NCBI GenBank assembly: GCA_012862495.1
Contig: BLSG01000152.1
Coordinates: 74,617 to 126,050, forward strand
Source of the DNA: Thraustochytrium aureum
Lineage: Eukaryota
Direction: 5' to 3'
DNA length: 51,434 nt
Positions 38,201 through 48,627 of the stretch are shown here, one piece after another; positions within the stretch are counted from its first letter, which is position 1; the number at the start of each line of letters is the position of its first letter. The translations under genes and the position numbers were made by a program. The notes beneath the pieces are model-generated. The model made no database searches, was not told the DNA's origin, and was given only the letters and a program-made list of their open reading frames with translations.

Positions 38201-40974
38201 ACTCGGGCAGCTCGTCGTCGAAAAAGCCAGAACCTTTGATGAAGATCGGCACGCCTCCAGCAAGGCCGCTGTGCTTAGGCTCAAGGCTGATGAGCGAGGG
38301 GGCGCGGCGGGCGTGAAGTGCGTAGCCCTGCGACCAAGTATCCACGCCATTGGTGATGCGCAGCAAAGGGAGGTCGGCTGCCGACGCTGCGACCAGCCCT
38401 TCAAAAGTGCAGCGGCCGTCAGCAGAGGAGGCCCACTCGACTGGAGAGCGCAGTCCGCTGCTACCGAGCTGACAGTACCACGCGCTTCCTCCGGCATGCG
38501 AGCCGTCGCCGGCGAGCTGCTCCGCAGCCAATGGGGCGGCGAGGCGCACGGCGAGGGTGCTGTTCTGGTCGCTACCAACAATAATTCGTCTCGGCCAGAC
38601 AGACTGGATCCGCGGCACTCGCTCGTGGTGGTCCTCGAGAACGACGTCGAGGAAGACCGTGGCGCTCTTTGCTCCTGCATCCCCAGTTGGGTCGGCTGGC
38701 ACAATGTCCACTTGAATGTGGTCGCCGCCATCAAAGTGCTTGACCCTGTCATACCCAATGCTCCTAAGAGCGGCGTTCACGTCGGATAGAGCGCCTGCAA
38801 AGCCGATAGCCTGCTCGTTGCTGGCCGAGCCGCTATGGAATTGCAGTCCCGCGCCAGCGCCGAGCGATATTTTTGCCATCCCGCTCGCGACGGTGAGGGA
38901 CACGTTAAAGACTGCGTCGCCGACCTCGTGGCCGCTATGGAGGTTTACATCCTCGATGACAAAACCAGCGATCCCAAGGGAGGCCGCCTCAGGAAGGAGG
39001 ACCACTGGCGCGTCGTTGACGGGCTCGACGACGATGGGGACAACAACCTTGTCCGTAAGCTGACGGCCCTGCTGGCCTGGCCCGCTCTCGTTGCCAAGAT
39101 CTGTTACAACGACCGTAAGCGCTTCTGGGCCCTGGAGCCTGTTCGCGTCCTGATCGCCCTCGTAGCGCACCACCTCTAGCACTTTGTTGAGTGCCCGCAG
39201 ACCGCCTTGAAGGGTCATCGCGCGGTCCCGCGTCCCGGATCCTTCGAGGACGGCGACATCTCTGGCAGCGCCGCCGGAAAGGCCTGGGAGGGAAATGGTG
39301 CCTGCGGCCACGAAGAGGGTGACCTGGAGGACGTCGGAGTCGTTGTCGTCAGGTAGCAGTGCAAGGTCGACGTCTGGGTCATGGAGAGTGATTCCGTAGA
39401 TTAGAATGTGCTCGTCCTCGTCGACGACCTGATAGTTGGGGATCGAGAGCGTCGGCGCGTCGTTCTCTGCTGCCACGCTGAGCCGAATAGCGCGCGACGC
39501 CGAGAGCGGGCCGCCAGCGCCGAGTCCGCCGTTGCCCTGGTCGTTGACGGTGACGCGGAGCGTGTCCTGCCCATTCCAGTTGAGGTGGCCGACGTAGACA
39601 AACTCGTGCAGCGCTTGGTTGATGGCCTCGAGGGTCCCCGTGAAAGTGACTACCTTGTCGCGGTCCCCGTTGCCCGTGGCAAAGGTGAGGCCGTCACTGC
39701 GTAGCAAGGTAACGACCCCGTTGTCAGCTTGCACGGTCACGGCCAAGGGCGCCTCGGGGCTCAGTTCAGCGTCCTTGTCGGACACCCGAAAGCCAACAAT
39801 GCTCTGCGCTCCATCCTCACGGGCGTAGAGCTCGAAGGCGTCCCCATCTTGAACTTGGCGGACCCGAATCTCGTCGTCTTCGGGCTCGAAGTGGACCTCT
39901 GGTGGCTGATTGTACGAGTGGTAAATGGATAGCAGCGCGCTACCGCCACCAAACCCGTCGAGGAGCTCTTGGGCAGTGATCCAGGCCATCTCGTCATTCA
40001 AACCAGAGAGCCGCCACTGCAGCTTGACAGTGTGCGTGCCCCCCGACAGACTCACGACCATTGTGGCTCTCGCGGCGTCGACGACGCGAACGAGCGCGTC
40101 CATCGGGGCGCCAGAGGCGTACATGACCTCGCCGTCGATCACGAGGCGCGTGGCCACCGCGCTCCACCGTTCCCATGTCCAAAAGTCCTGGTCTGGGCGC
40201 CCGACCTGACTGAGCGAGAGCGCAAAGGAGATCTGCACTACGTTTGAGGCCGAGACCAAGTGGAGCTCGCTCTGCGTGCCCGGGACGTCGCGCCAGGTGT
40301 CCCCTAGCATGCCGGGGTCCAGTTTGACCATGCCGAGTGGCTTGCTCAGCGAAGTGCGCGTGTGCTCGCCCTCGATGACGAGAGTTCGGCCTGCGGCGAA
40401 GCCGCCATAGGCGGAAGGCTGCGAGTACCAGAGTGGCACACCATCGCCCCACTTGCGCCACTGCAGCGAGACCGTGTGGCGCCCTGGCCCGAGCGGGGCT
40501 TTGAAGTCGCCCGCGAGCACGCCGGGCCGGAAGGTGCGCGACACCGTTCGGAAGAGCGCGCCGGACTCTCTGTAGGGGACCCCGTCTACCACAAGACGCG
40601 TGCCAACGAAGTCGCTGTGCTGCAGCGGGTGCCCGTTCGGGGCAAGCTGCGGGCGAACCGGGAGGCTGTAGAGCATGTACATCTCCCATGTGCGTGGGAG
40701 CGTGAACGTGAGCTGGCAGCCAGGGACATCGACCCAGTTCTGCGCTGCCGAGGCTAGCCGCGCTCCGCTCAGCGGCTGCGCGTAATAAAGGTACTTGTGG
40801 CGGGCCTTGACCACGACTGTCCTGCCGCCTCCCTGGCCCCCGTTCAGCTGGGGCCTAATGCTCCAGCTGCGCACACTAGTGCCCCAGCGCCGCCACTGCA
40901 GGGTGGTTGAGTGGTTGCCTGGGGCCAGCTCGGCCAGGGCTGGCCGAGCAGCGCGCTTCGCGTCTGCTCGAACG
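11267..40974 (-). CDS. Giant (~10,000 aa) cell-surface receptor/adhesin-like protein: LQWR beta repeats, cadherin-like repeats, IPT/TIG array, Cys-rich repeats, multipass TM domain. Both ends lie in N-gaps.
   Basis: Abutting minus-strand ORFs continue the same repeat sequence across single-base frame switches at ~37765, 36328, 34950, 29734, 26720, 24091, 22293, 19870, 17205 and 16494, and across six internal gaps. No intergenic-looking DNA is visible in between. Confidence 0.8.
11845..13510 (-). other. Domain: ~10-11 predicted transmembrane helices with a charged coiled-coil-like loop
   Basis: Hydrophobic runs from VFINLFLFIGMCIVVITAAFWAV to AMLVLLPYCIAVCIIV; internal charged stretch SLDAKIEMLDNMAAKKKLLESTLAKDKDAKRVVEEK. 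Confidence 0.8.
15860..17830 (-). other. Domain: Cys-rich GCC2/GCC3 (Ephrin_rec_like) repeats
   Basis: More than 20 CPxGxxC-type units, e.g. CAPGSFQPRAGQSTCLQCPIGFICP, CLPGTYQRFRGQANCTICPVGHVCP, CPRGTTSPSGAGSLLEC. Confidence 0.85.
17830..38610 (-). other. Domain: tandem IPT/TIG (E-set Ig-like) array, roughly 50-65 copies estimated from length
   Basis: Recurrent P-x-x-G-P-x-x-GGT-x-V-x-V-x-G-x-x-F...C-x-FG...C-x-[ST]P...V-S-x-NG-x-D-F...F-x-Y about every 100 aa. Confidence 0.9.
38640..39911 (-). other. Domain: three cadherin-like/bacterial Ig-like repeats
   Basis: NQPP...ED...VSDKD...FTGTLEAINQAL...NWNGQDTLRVTVNDQGNGG...ENDAP; second unit ends PVNDAP; third contains FAGALSDVNAAL. Confidence 0.75.
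39930..40974 (-). other. Domain: three N-terminal beta-rich repeats ending in G-x-H-T-x-x-L-Q-W-R (first partial)
   Basis: PGNHSTTLQWRRWG, PGRHTVSLQWRKWG, GGTHTVKLQWRLSG. The two complete repeats also carry WxDVPG and TRLV[VI]DG. Confidence 0.7.
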
Positions 40975-41748
40975 NNNNNNNNNNNNNNNNNNNNNNNNNN
41001 NNNNNNNNNNNNNNNNNNNNNNNNNNNNNNNNNNNNNNNNNNNNNNNNNNNNNNNNNNNNNNNNNNNNNNNNNNNNNNNNNNNNNNNNNNNNNNNNNNNN
41101 NNNNNNNNNNNNNNNNNNNNNNNNNNNNNNNNNNNNNNNNNNNNNNNNNNNNNNNNNNNNNNNNNNNNNNNNNNNNNNNNNNNNNNNNNNNNNNNNNNNN
41201 NNNNNNNNNNNNNNNNNNNNNNNNNNNNNNNNNNNNNNNNNNNNNNNNNNNNNNNNNNNNNNNNNNNNNNNNNNNNNNNNNNNNNNNNNNNNNNNNNNNN
41301 NNNNNNNNNNNNNNNNNNNNNNNNNNNNNNNNNNNNNNNNNNNNNNNNNNNNNNNNNNNNNNNNNNNNNNNNNNNNNNNNNNNNNNNNNNNNNNNNNNNN
41401 NNNNNNNNNNNNNNNNNNNNNNNNNNNNNNNNNNNNNNNNNNNNNNNNNNNNNNNNNNNNNNNNNNNNNNNNNNNNNNNNNNNNNNNNNNNNNNNNNNNN
41501 NNNNNNNNNNNNNNNNNNNNNNNNNNNNNNNNNNNNNNNNNNNNNNNNNNNNNNNNNNNNNNNNNNNNNNNNNNNNNNNNNNNNNNNNNNNNNNNNNNNN
41601 NNNNNNNNNNNNNNNNNNNNNNNNNNNNNNNNNNNNNNNNNNNNNNNNNNNNNNNNNNNNNNNNNNNNNNNNNNNNNNNNNNNNNNNNNNNNNNNNNNNN
41701 NNNNNNNCGTTCGAAGAACAGAGAAGTGTACTTTTTGCTTCTTCGTGT

Positions 41749-41775
41749 GATTGTTGATTGATTGATTGATTGTTG
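41749..41775. repeat. (ATTG)n microsatellite upstream of RMC1
   Basis: gattgttgattgattgattgattgttg read directly. Confidence 0.85.
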
Positions 41776-41853
41776 ACGCGTGATGGTTTGGGCAGAGCAG
41801 ACGTGGAACGAACGAGCGCGGCTGGGGCCGGAGCGCCTGTGGGGGTGCGCAGG

Positions 41854-44800
41854 ATGGAGGCGGTCGAGGGCGGGGCGGCGGCGGCGGCGGCGCTGGCCTC
41901 CCGGAGCTGGCTGGAGCTGGCACAAGACTCGGTTGACCTCGACTTTGCTGGGCACAAAGTGTGGTATGACCAGTCGAACAAGCAGCTCGTGCTGATGAGG
42001 AAGAACGTGTTCTGCACGGTGGACTTGCAAGGCGGGAAGCGATCGGCGCCGATTAACTTTATCCAGCTGGGCAAGACGCTCGACGTCAAGCTGTCGCTGT
42101 GCAGACGGTATCTTGCGATTCAGCGCACGGACACGACGGTGGAAATCGTGGATATGGCCCGAGGGACGCAAGTCACGCTGAGCTGCAAGTCCAAGCGCGC
42201 CAACCTGGTTCTGCGCGGTGGCGTGCTGTGGCTTCGGCGAGAGGCCTGCAAGATTGACCTCGACGGGGAGCCCCAGGTCTGCCTCTGCCTCGTCACCCGT
42301 TTTGGTCTCGAGATTTTCCGGCTCCCAGCGGTCGAGAAGGGCGAGCGCGCCTGCAAGGCGCTTGGCGTGGTCAAGCACAACGTGCAGTGCTTTTGGCACC
42401 TTGCAGATCACCATGTTCTCCTTCTGAGTTCGGGGAACGGGACGGAGATGCGCCCGTACCAATTCCAAGGCGGGCACCTCCCAACCAAGCTGGCCAAGTT
42501 CTTGTTGCCGAGCGCCCCGGCGCACCGCAATATCGTCGTGGCCAAGCTCTACGACAGCATCTACTGCGTCCACCTCGACATCGAGGCGCGCGCCTTGCAG
42601 GTCTTCAAACTGGGCCGCGAGGCGACGCTCCTCAGCAAAACGCTGCGCCTCTTCGCTACGGAGAGTGTCGGCGTGAGCGTGGTCGACAACCTAGTGTGCA
42701 TCCACAACATGGAGGGCAAGTTTACCTGCATCTACGACATCGCTGCTGACACGGACAACCCGTGCACGATCCCGAAGGCCATGCACCTAGCGTGGCAGGA
42801 CCCGAGCGCAGCACCGCCGGCCCCGCCGGGGCAGGTCGCCGACATCGACGTCATTCTCGAGGGCGGCCCTGAGCAAGCACGGCGTGCCTTGCAGGCTTGT
42901 GCGGCCAAACATCGGCCATCCGATGCGCAAGGGGCGGGCGAGCTTTTCCACGCCGAACTCTGCGCTCCCATGCAAAACGCGCCGCAAGGAAGCTACGTCT
43001 CGCACGTCAACGGCGTCTCAGTGGCCAACCGCTCGTACGAGGAGGTCGTTGCGGCTGTCGAGGAGGGCGGTGCTTCGGCTGTCGTTCTCCGAGTCGTCGT
43101 TGCGGCGCCGGCCCAGGGCGAGGGCGAAGCCGCGACCGAAGCCACGACCGAGGGCAAGAACGGCAATTCACAACTCCCCCTATCCAGCGCCGACGTGCTC
43201 TACGCCAAGTCCTGGGTCTTTTTAGAACCGTTCTGGATCCTGGACGCCAAGCGCGGGCGCATTTGGCGGATCGAGCTGAATCTAGACTCGGTTCCTGCGC
43301 TGGCCCAGCTCGAAGCAAACAAGGGCTCGGGCAGAGCTGGCCCCGACGAGCTGGTTGAACCATCGTTCTTGCTGCGAGACACTCGGCGCTTGTTTTCATT
43401 TCTGCTGCGGCGCACGTGCGGCCCTCCGCGCAGCTCGCGCATGGAGTTTTTGTACGGAGGCGCGCGGCGCGACGAGCGCGCATACGCGAAAGGCGTCCTT
43501 CTGTTTACTTGCGCGAGCTCATGGCAGCCACGCCGGACGCCGAGTGCGAGACCGCTGCCGTGGCCTTCAAGCTAATCAACGACACCTATCTCAAGGCGCT
43601 GCGCGAGCGGGCTGCAAGCCCGGCTGCAGCGGCGCACAACCTGCCAAGCGGGGCCCCTAACAGCGCCAACGCATTTGGCGTCGCCCAGAGCGCAGAGGCG
43701 ACGCCGCCGACAACCCCGAGCTCCGAGGCGGGCGCGGGAGGACAGCCTTCCTTTTCAAGCTCGGCAGGGGCAGCCTGCGGGAGGGAACTCGGACCGCAAT
43801 CAACAGGATCCGGCATCGATCCTCAAGAGACGAGACTGCTGCAGCTATGGTTGCGGCTGCGGCGCTTGGAGGCGGCGGCGCGACCCTTGCGCGGCCCTCG
43901 ATGGCTCCATGGAGGACCTCGTCGGACTCTACGGATGCGCGCACTGCTTCAGAGAGGCCGAACGACTCGGGCCCACTATTGGCTCGAACTGGGGCTCGGC
44001 CTCATCGTTGCCCTTGTCGCTTGCGCCCTCGATTCGATCGCAGGGCGCAGAGCGAGACCACGGGGACGATCGCAGCCAAGACGCGCGAGGGGATGGCGGT
44101 GATGCCAGCAGCTGCAATAGCAGCCAAGGCCTCGGCGACGGCGCCAGCATGGGCTCGCTCGGGGGTTCCGAATTCGAGACTGCTTCACGCAGGTGCCTCG
44201 ATCAGCTCCTCGCGGACTTTGCCAAAGCAGGAAAGATCGCTCTCAAGGACATCCGTTGTTACGGCGGGATGACGGTTGTTCTTCAGATCGACATTTTCAC
44301 GTGGGTCTTTGTGCCGCTGATGCAGCGCTCCAGCGAGGCGCAAGTGCGGGGCGGGCTGAGCATGTACCTGTGCGAGTACATACGGAGCCTGCAGCAGCAC
44401 ATGATCCCTATTGAAAAGTACATGCACGAGCTGCTCGCGTGGGCGCTCATCACGGCGGGCCAGGAGTACGTCCTGCACCAGCTGCTTCAATACCACGTGC
44501 CGACTGACTCGAAGCGGCTAGCGCGCACCCTGCTGGAGGCGAGTGCGCACTTTCGGCCGTTTCTCCAGGTCGCGCTCGACATGTTCTACCGACTCGGCTG
44601 CATCGATTGCGTTGTACGCGCTCTGCTGTCCTGCGGGCGACTGCAGCAAGCGCTTTCCGTGCTGCGGCAGCATTCGCACTTTCTAGACTCGCGCGCCAAA
44701 GGGCGCAATCTGCAGCTCGGGCAGTCCGGGAGAGGGAGCGGTTTGCAGTCTGCGAACTCCAACAATGAAGGTGAGCTCTTGCGCCGTGTGAGCTTCTCGA

Positions 44801-45002
44801 GTGTGCCATTGCGCAAAGCAATTCACGCGGAGGCGACGTGGCTCCGTTCATTGCCCTTCACAGCTTTTTCCTCAGCGTCGATCCGTTTGCGATCGAGACG
44901 GGCGTCGGCGGCTCCCCGTCGCCTCTTGGTCTTGCCTTTGACCTGCCACTGCCACGCGCGCCTCTCGGCGTTTCCGCTGCGTTGGGCCTTCGACAGGCGT
45001 GA
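41854..45002 (+). CDS. RMC1: Regulator of MON1-CCZ1 complex (RMC1/C18orf8/Mic1) homolog with large inserts; three frameshifts
   Basis: N-terminal propeller motifs VWYDQSNKQL, KLSLCRRYLAIQRT, SVVDNLVCIH. Mic1 domain EYIRSL...LHQLLQYHV.DSK.LA...QVALDMFYRL. Frame switches at ~43505 (T run), ~43740-43830 and ~44795; the last restores FLECAIAQ...FIALHSFF and ends at TGA 45000-45002. Confidence 0.88.
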
Positions 45003-45160
45003 AGATGCGCGGTGACTGAGTGCTTTGTTGAACATCAATCGCAATCGAGAAGAATAAAAACAAGGATTTGTAGTCAGTCGTCCGGCACGAGCAAGAGTGG
45101 GGTTTGGTTCGAGCGCGAAGCAGCCGCGAGCAGCCCATCTGCGAAATTCGACAGTTGCGG

Positions 45161-47960
45161 TCAGACCACCTGGGACGTGGCAGGGGAGTTGATGCTGAAT
45201 TGTACGCCCGGTCTGCGCAGGCTCGTCTCGAGCGAGCTCACGAAGACAGCGTCTTTCGCAGCGTCGACGCCGGCCCGCAGTTGTCTTTCGACGTGCATTC
45301 TCAACCTTGGTGTCTGGCCATATTGGCTAGCCGAAACGCTCGGCTCCTCCGAGGCGCGCACATCGCTGAACAAGTCGCTCGTTTGCCCAATCCAAAGCTG
45401 GTTTCGATATGCAAAGTGAAGCACGTGGCGCCACGTCGGGTCGGCGGCAAGCAAGTCGGGGTTGCCGACAATAACAAGGAGCTTTGCCGCCCTTGTAAGT
45501 GCAACGTTTGCGCGCTTGGGCTGCCGCAAGAGCCCCATCGAGCGCCGCACGTCGCCGTCGACAAACCCAAGGGAGCTGCGAACCACGGAGATGACGACAG
45601 CCTTGTATTCTGCACCTTGGTAGTCTTCAATCGTGCCGACGTTGACAGATCCAAGGTTGACCTTGCGGAGCATGCGGCGCACGAGGGACACCTGGCCGCG
45701 GAAAGTGGCCAGCACAGCCACGTCCTGTGGGCTGGCCTGTGCGTCGATCATTGCGCGCACCACGCCACGCACGAGCAAAGCCTCGTCCCCGTTGTTCCAC
45801 GACTCGAGGCCAGGCGTTTCANNNNNNNNNNNNNNNNNNNNNNNNNNNNNNNNNNNNNNNNNNNNNNNNNNNNNNNNNNNNNNNNNNNNNNNNNNNNNNN
45901 NNNNNNNNNNNNNNNNNNNNNNNNNNNNNNNNNNNNNNNNNNNNNNNNNNNNNNCCCCAATGAATAGGAAAGGCCAGTTTGTCTCGCGTGGGTCGAGTTC
46001 CGGGGGGAGCGCACGCGGGTGGGGTTTGAAAGGCGGCGACAGGGGCGCAAAGGCGCGGAGAGCCCTCAGCGCCCCTGCCCACGGCTGTTCACATGGTAAG
46101 ACCTGGTCTTCTGAAGCGGGCTCAAGCCGGTCAGAGTAAAACAGGGCAGACGGCATCATGAGGAGCGCAGCGTGGCAGCGGTAGTTTTGCGCCAGCATCA
46201 GGACCGCCTCGGCCGTTGCAGACCGCGCCAAGCGTTCGATAAGGGGCACTTTGAGCTGCTGCACGTGTTCCTCTGTGGAGCAGATGTGTGGGCTTAGCTG
46301 CCTTGGGTCTCCGCAAAGGACGACCTGTGCGCTGCGCCCAGGTGGGTCGAGGACCACAGAGAGTGCCACAAGAGTCTCTGGCTCGGTCGCCTGGCTTGCT
46401 TCGTCGATGAAGAGGTGCGAAAAGTGCTTGGAGTCGCTGGCCAGCAAGGGCTCCACGGGAACCCTGGCTGGCATTCCCAAGCACGCCATCTCAGAGCCGA
46501 GGTCCTGGAAAAACCCGGACCGCGCAGTCCTCAACTGCTCGTTGGTGATGCCGGCCTGGAATAGTATGGCCGCATCTGCGCACGTGCAGACGACCGCGCG
46601 CTTGTGGACCAGCTCTGACGCTCTCGGGAGTACAAAGGTGCCGAACTCGGCCGACTGGACTGTGAACGGAAGCAGGTCCGCGGGAACGGCCGCAACTGGG
46701 CGAGTTTCGTCCAGCAGGCGGATCATCTCGCGCGGGCCGAGCCGAGCCTGCTTCGCGAGTCGTCGCGCTAGGACGTCTGCTGCGGTGTGTGACGGTCCGC
46801 AGACCAGCAGTCTCGCCCCCGGCAGCTCACGCAAAACCGTCACCATGGCCTGCACGAGGGTGCCCGTCTTGCCGGTCCCCGCTGGCCCAACTAGCAAGAA
46901 GGGCTGCGGCAAGCTGCAGCGCAACATTGCTTGCACGCACTCCTCTTGCTTTGGGTCAAGGCAGCCGCCGGTGGAGACGCTAACTGATCGTAGCGACTGC
47001 GGCGCGGGAGCGGAGAGCCCCTGGAGGGGGGGAGCTTTGCTGCCTTGCGCTGACAGCGTCACCGCGGACTCGAACCATCGCAGCGCAGTAGAGCACCTCG
47101 AGTACGTTTTCTTCGACGGGACGAATCGCACGTTGAAGTTGCCTCGAAAGGGTGGCGCGTTTGGCACCTGCCCGAGGCCGATCGATTGTGGCCATGTAAG
47201 GAGGACGAAGCCTTTGAGGCGGTCTACATCAACAACCGTTGAAACTACGTCGTGAATTCGAAAGTAGACGTTCCGGAGCCAGGCGGTGTCTCCAGGTTCG
47301 ATGGCGGGCAAGGTGTCCGCAAGTCCAGGGACATTAACCCTGACGCGTGTCGGCCCAGCAGGCTGCAGGTTGACCCCGAAAAGGGAATACTTTTCGTACG
47401 CCGAAAGGCGCGCCGCCCGCTCTGAAGCTATGAGCGCTTGAAGGTGAGAGACGTAGCTGTCGTCTCTAGCTAGAGCCGGGGTCTGCCCTCGTTCGGCCAA
47501 AAGGGCGCGAGCCTCGAGCGACCGGGTACCCACTTTCGCGTCATCCCCCTGCATGGCTCTGGCTTCAGAGTCTGCACCTTCAGGCTCGAGTCCCGGGGCG
47601 AGGGGGTACTTTCCGCCAGACTTGAACGGGAGGCGCTCCGCCCGTGCCTCTGCGATCGCCAGCCCCTTCGGCGCCTCGGCGTACACCGCAGTGCGCACCT
47701 CTTGGTTGACCGCCTGAAGGTGCGGCGGGATATACATCGAGGCCNNNNNNNNNNNNNNNNNNNNNNNNNNNNNNNNNNNNNNNNNNNNNNNNNNNNNNNN
47801 NNNNNNNNNNNNNNNNNNNNNNNNNNNNNNNNNNNNNNNNNNNNNNNNNNNNNNNNNNNNNNNNNNNNNNNNNNNNNNNNNNNNNNNNNNNNNNNNNNNN
47901 NNNNNNNNNNNNNNNNNNNNNNNNNNGCGGCGGGATATACATCGAGGCCTTGGGGTCCAT
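45161..47960 (-). CDS. MOV10: MOV10/SDE3/Armitage-type UPF1-like SF1 RNA helicase
   Basis: VPGLADTLPAIEPGD, GPAGTGKT, VCGPSHTAAD, FSHLFIDEASQATEPE, LCGDPRQL, NYRCH...LFY, VGTIEDYQGAE, GLLRQPKRANVALTRA...VGNPDLLAADPTW. Start ATG 47960 (or 48023) if the 47745-47926 gap is a contig overlap. Confidence 0.88.
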
Positions 47961-48391
47961 CTGGCTCGAAGAAGCTGGCGTTGCCGCTCTCCACGCCCGG
48001 GTTGCAGACCCGAGCGCAGACATTTCCGGTGCGAGCCAGCGCGGCGGTCGGCAGACAGACAGCCCGGCAGAGAGACTGTCGGCAGGCGGGCGGGCGGGCG
48101 GGTCGCCTTGCGCAGGCCAGTCTCGGCTCGTGCGCGCCTCTTCCAAGCTCGCAAGAGGCGTCTGCCGCCCAGACTGAGGTATTGGGTGTCCTCGCGAAGG
48201 TGGACTCGCGTGAGTACCGAGTACATGGATGCAACGTGCATGGAGTACGTAAGTATCTTGTTGCTCCCGCCTGCCTGGCTTCAGCGTTGCGGCGAGTGCG
48301 TGACGGTGTTGAACGAAGAAAGGCTGGCGGCAGCGCGACCGAGGAGGTGTTGGTGGTTTGGTGAGTGCAATAGCGTGCTATGTACGAGCGG

Positions 48392-48534
48392 CAGGCAGGC
48401 AGGCTAAGCTGGCTCGGCGTGTTGGGTGGTGCCGCTCCTCGCACCAAAAGCTCGCGCCAACAGGCAGGCAGGCTAAGCTGGCTCGGCGTTGGGTGGTGCC
48501 GCTCCAGGCACCAAAAGCTCGCGCTCACAGGCAG
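48392..48534 (+). repeat. Two-copy ~69-bp tandem repeat headed by (CAGG)n
   Basis: caggcaggcaggctaagctggctcggcgt...gggtggtgccgctcc...gcaccaaaagctcgcgc at 48392 and 48461. Confidence 0.9.
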
Positions 48535-48627
48535 CAGCTGTTGCGCCTTGAAAACGACCGTGCGCAGCGCGGACAAAGCGAGCAAGACCGACCCAGGCAA
48601 CGCCTGCAGGAAGGCTGGTCTGCGGCT

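Noticed and set aside
41708..42089. N-terminal extension of the 1493-aa minus-strand ORF
   Set aside because: It overlaps RMC1 on the plus strand and an ATTG microsatellite, and is joined only through Ns.
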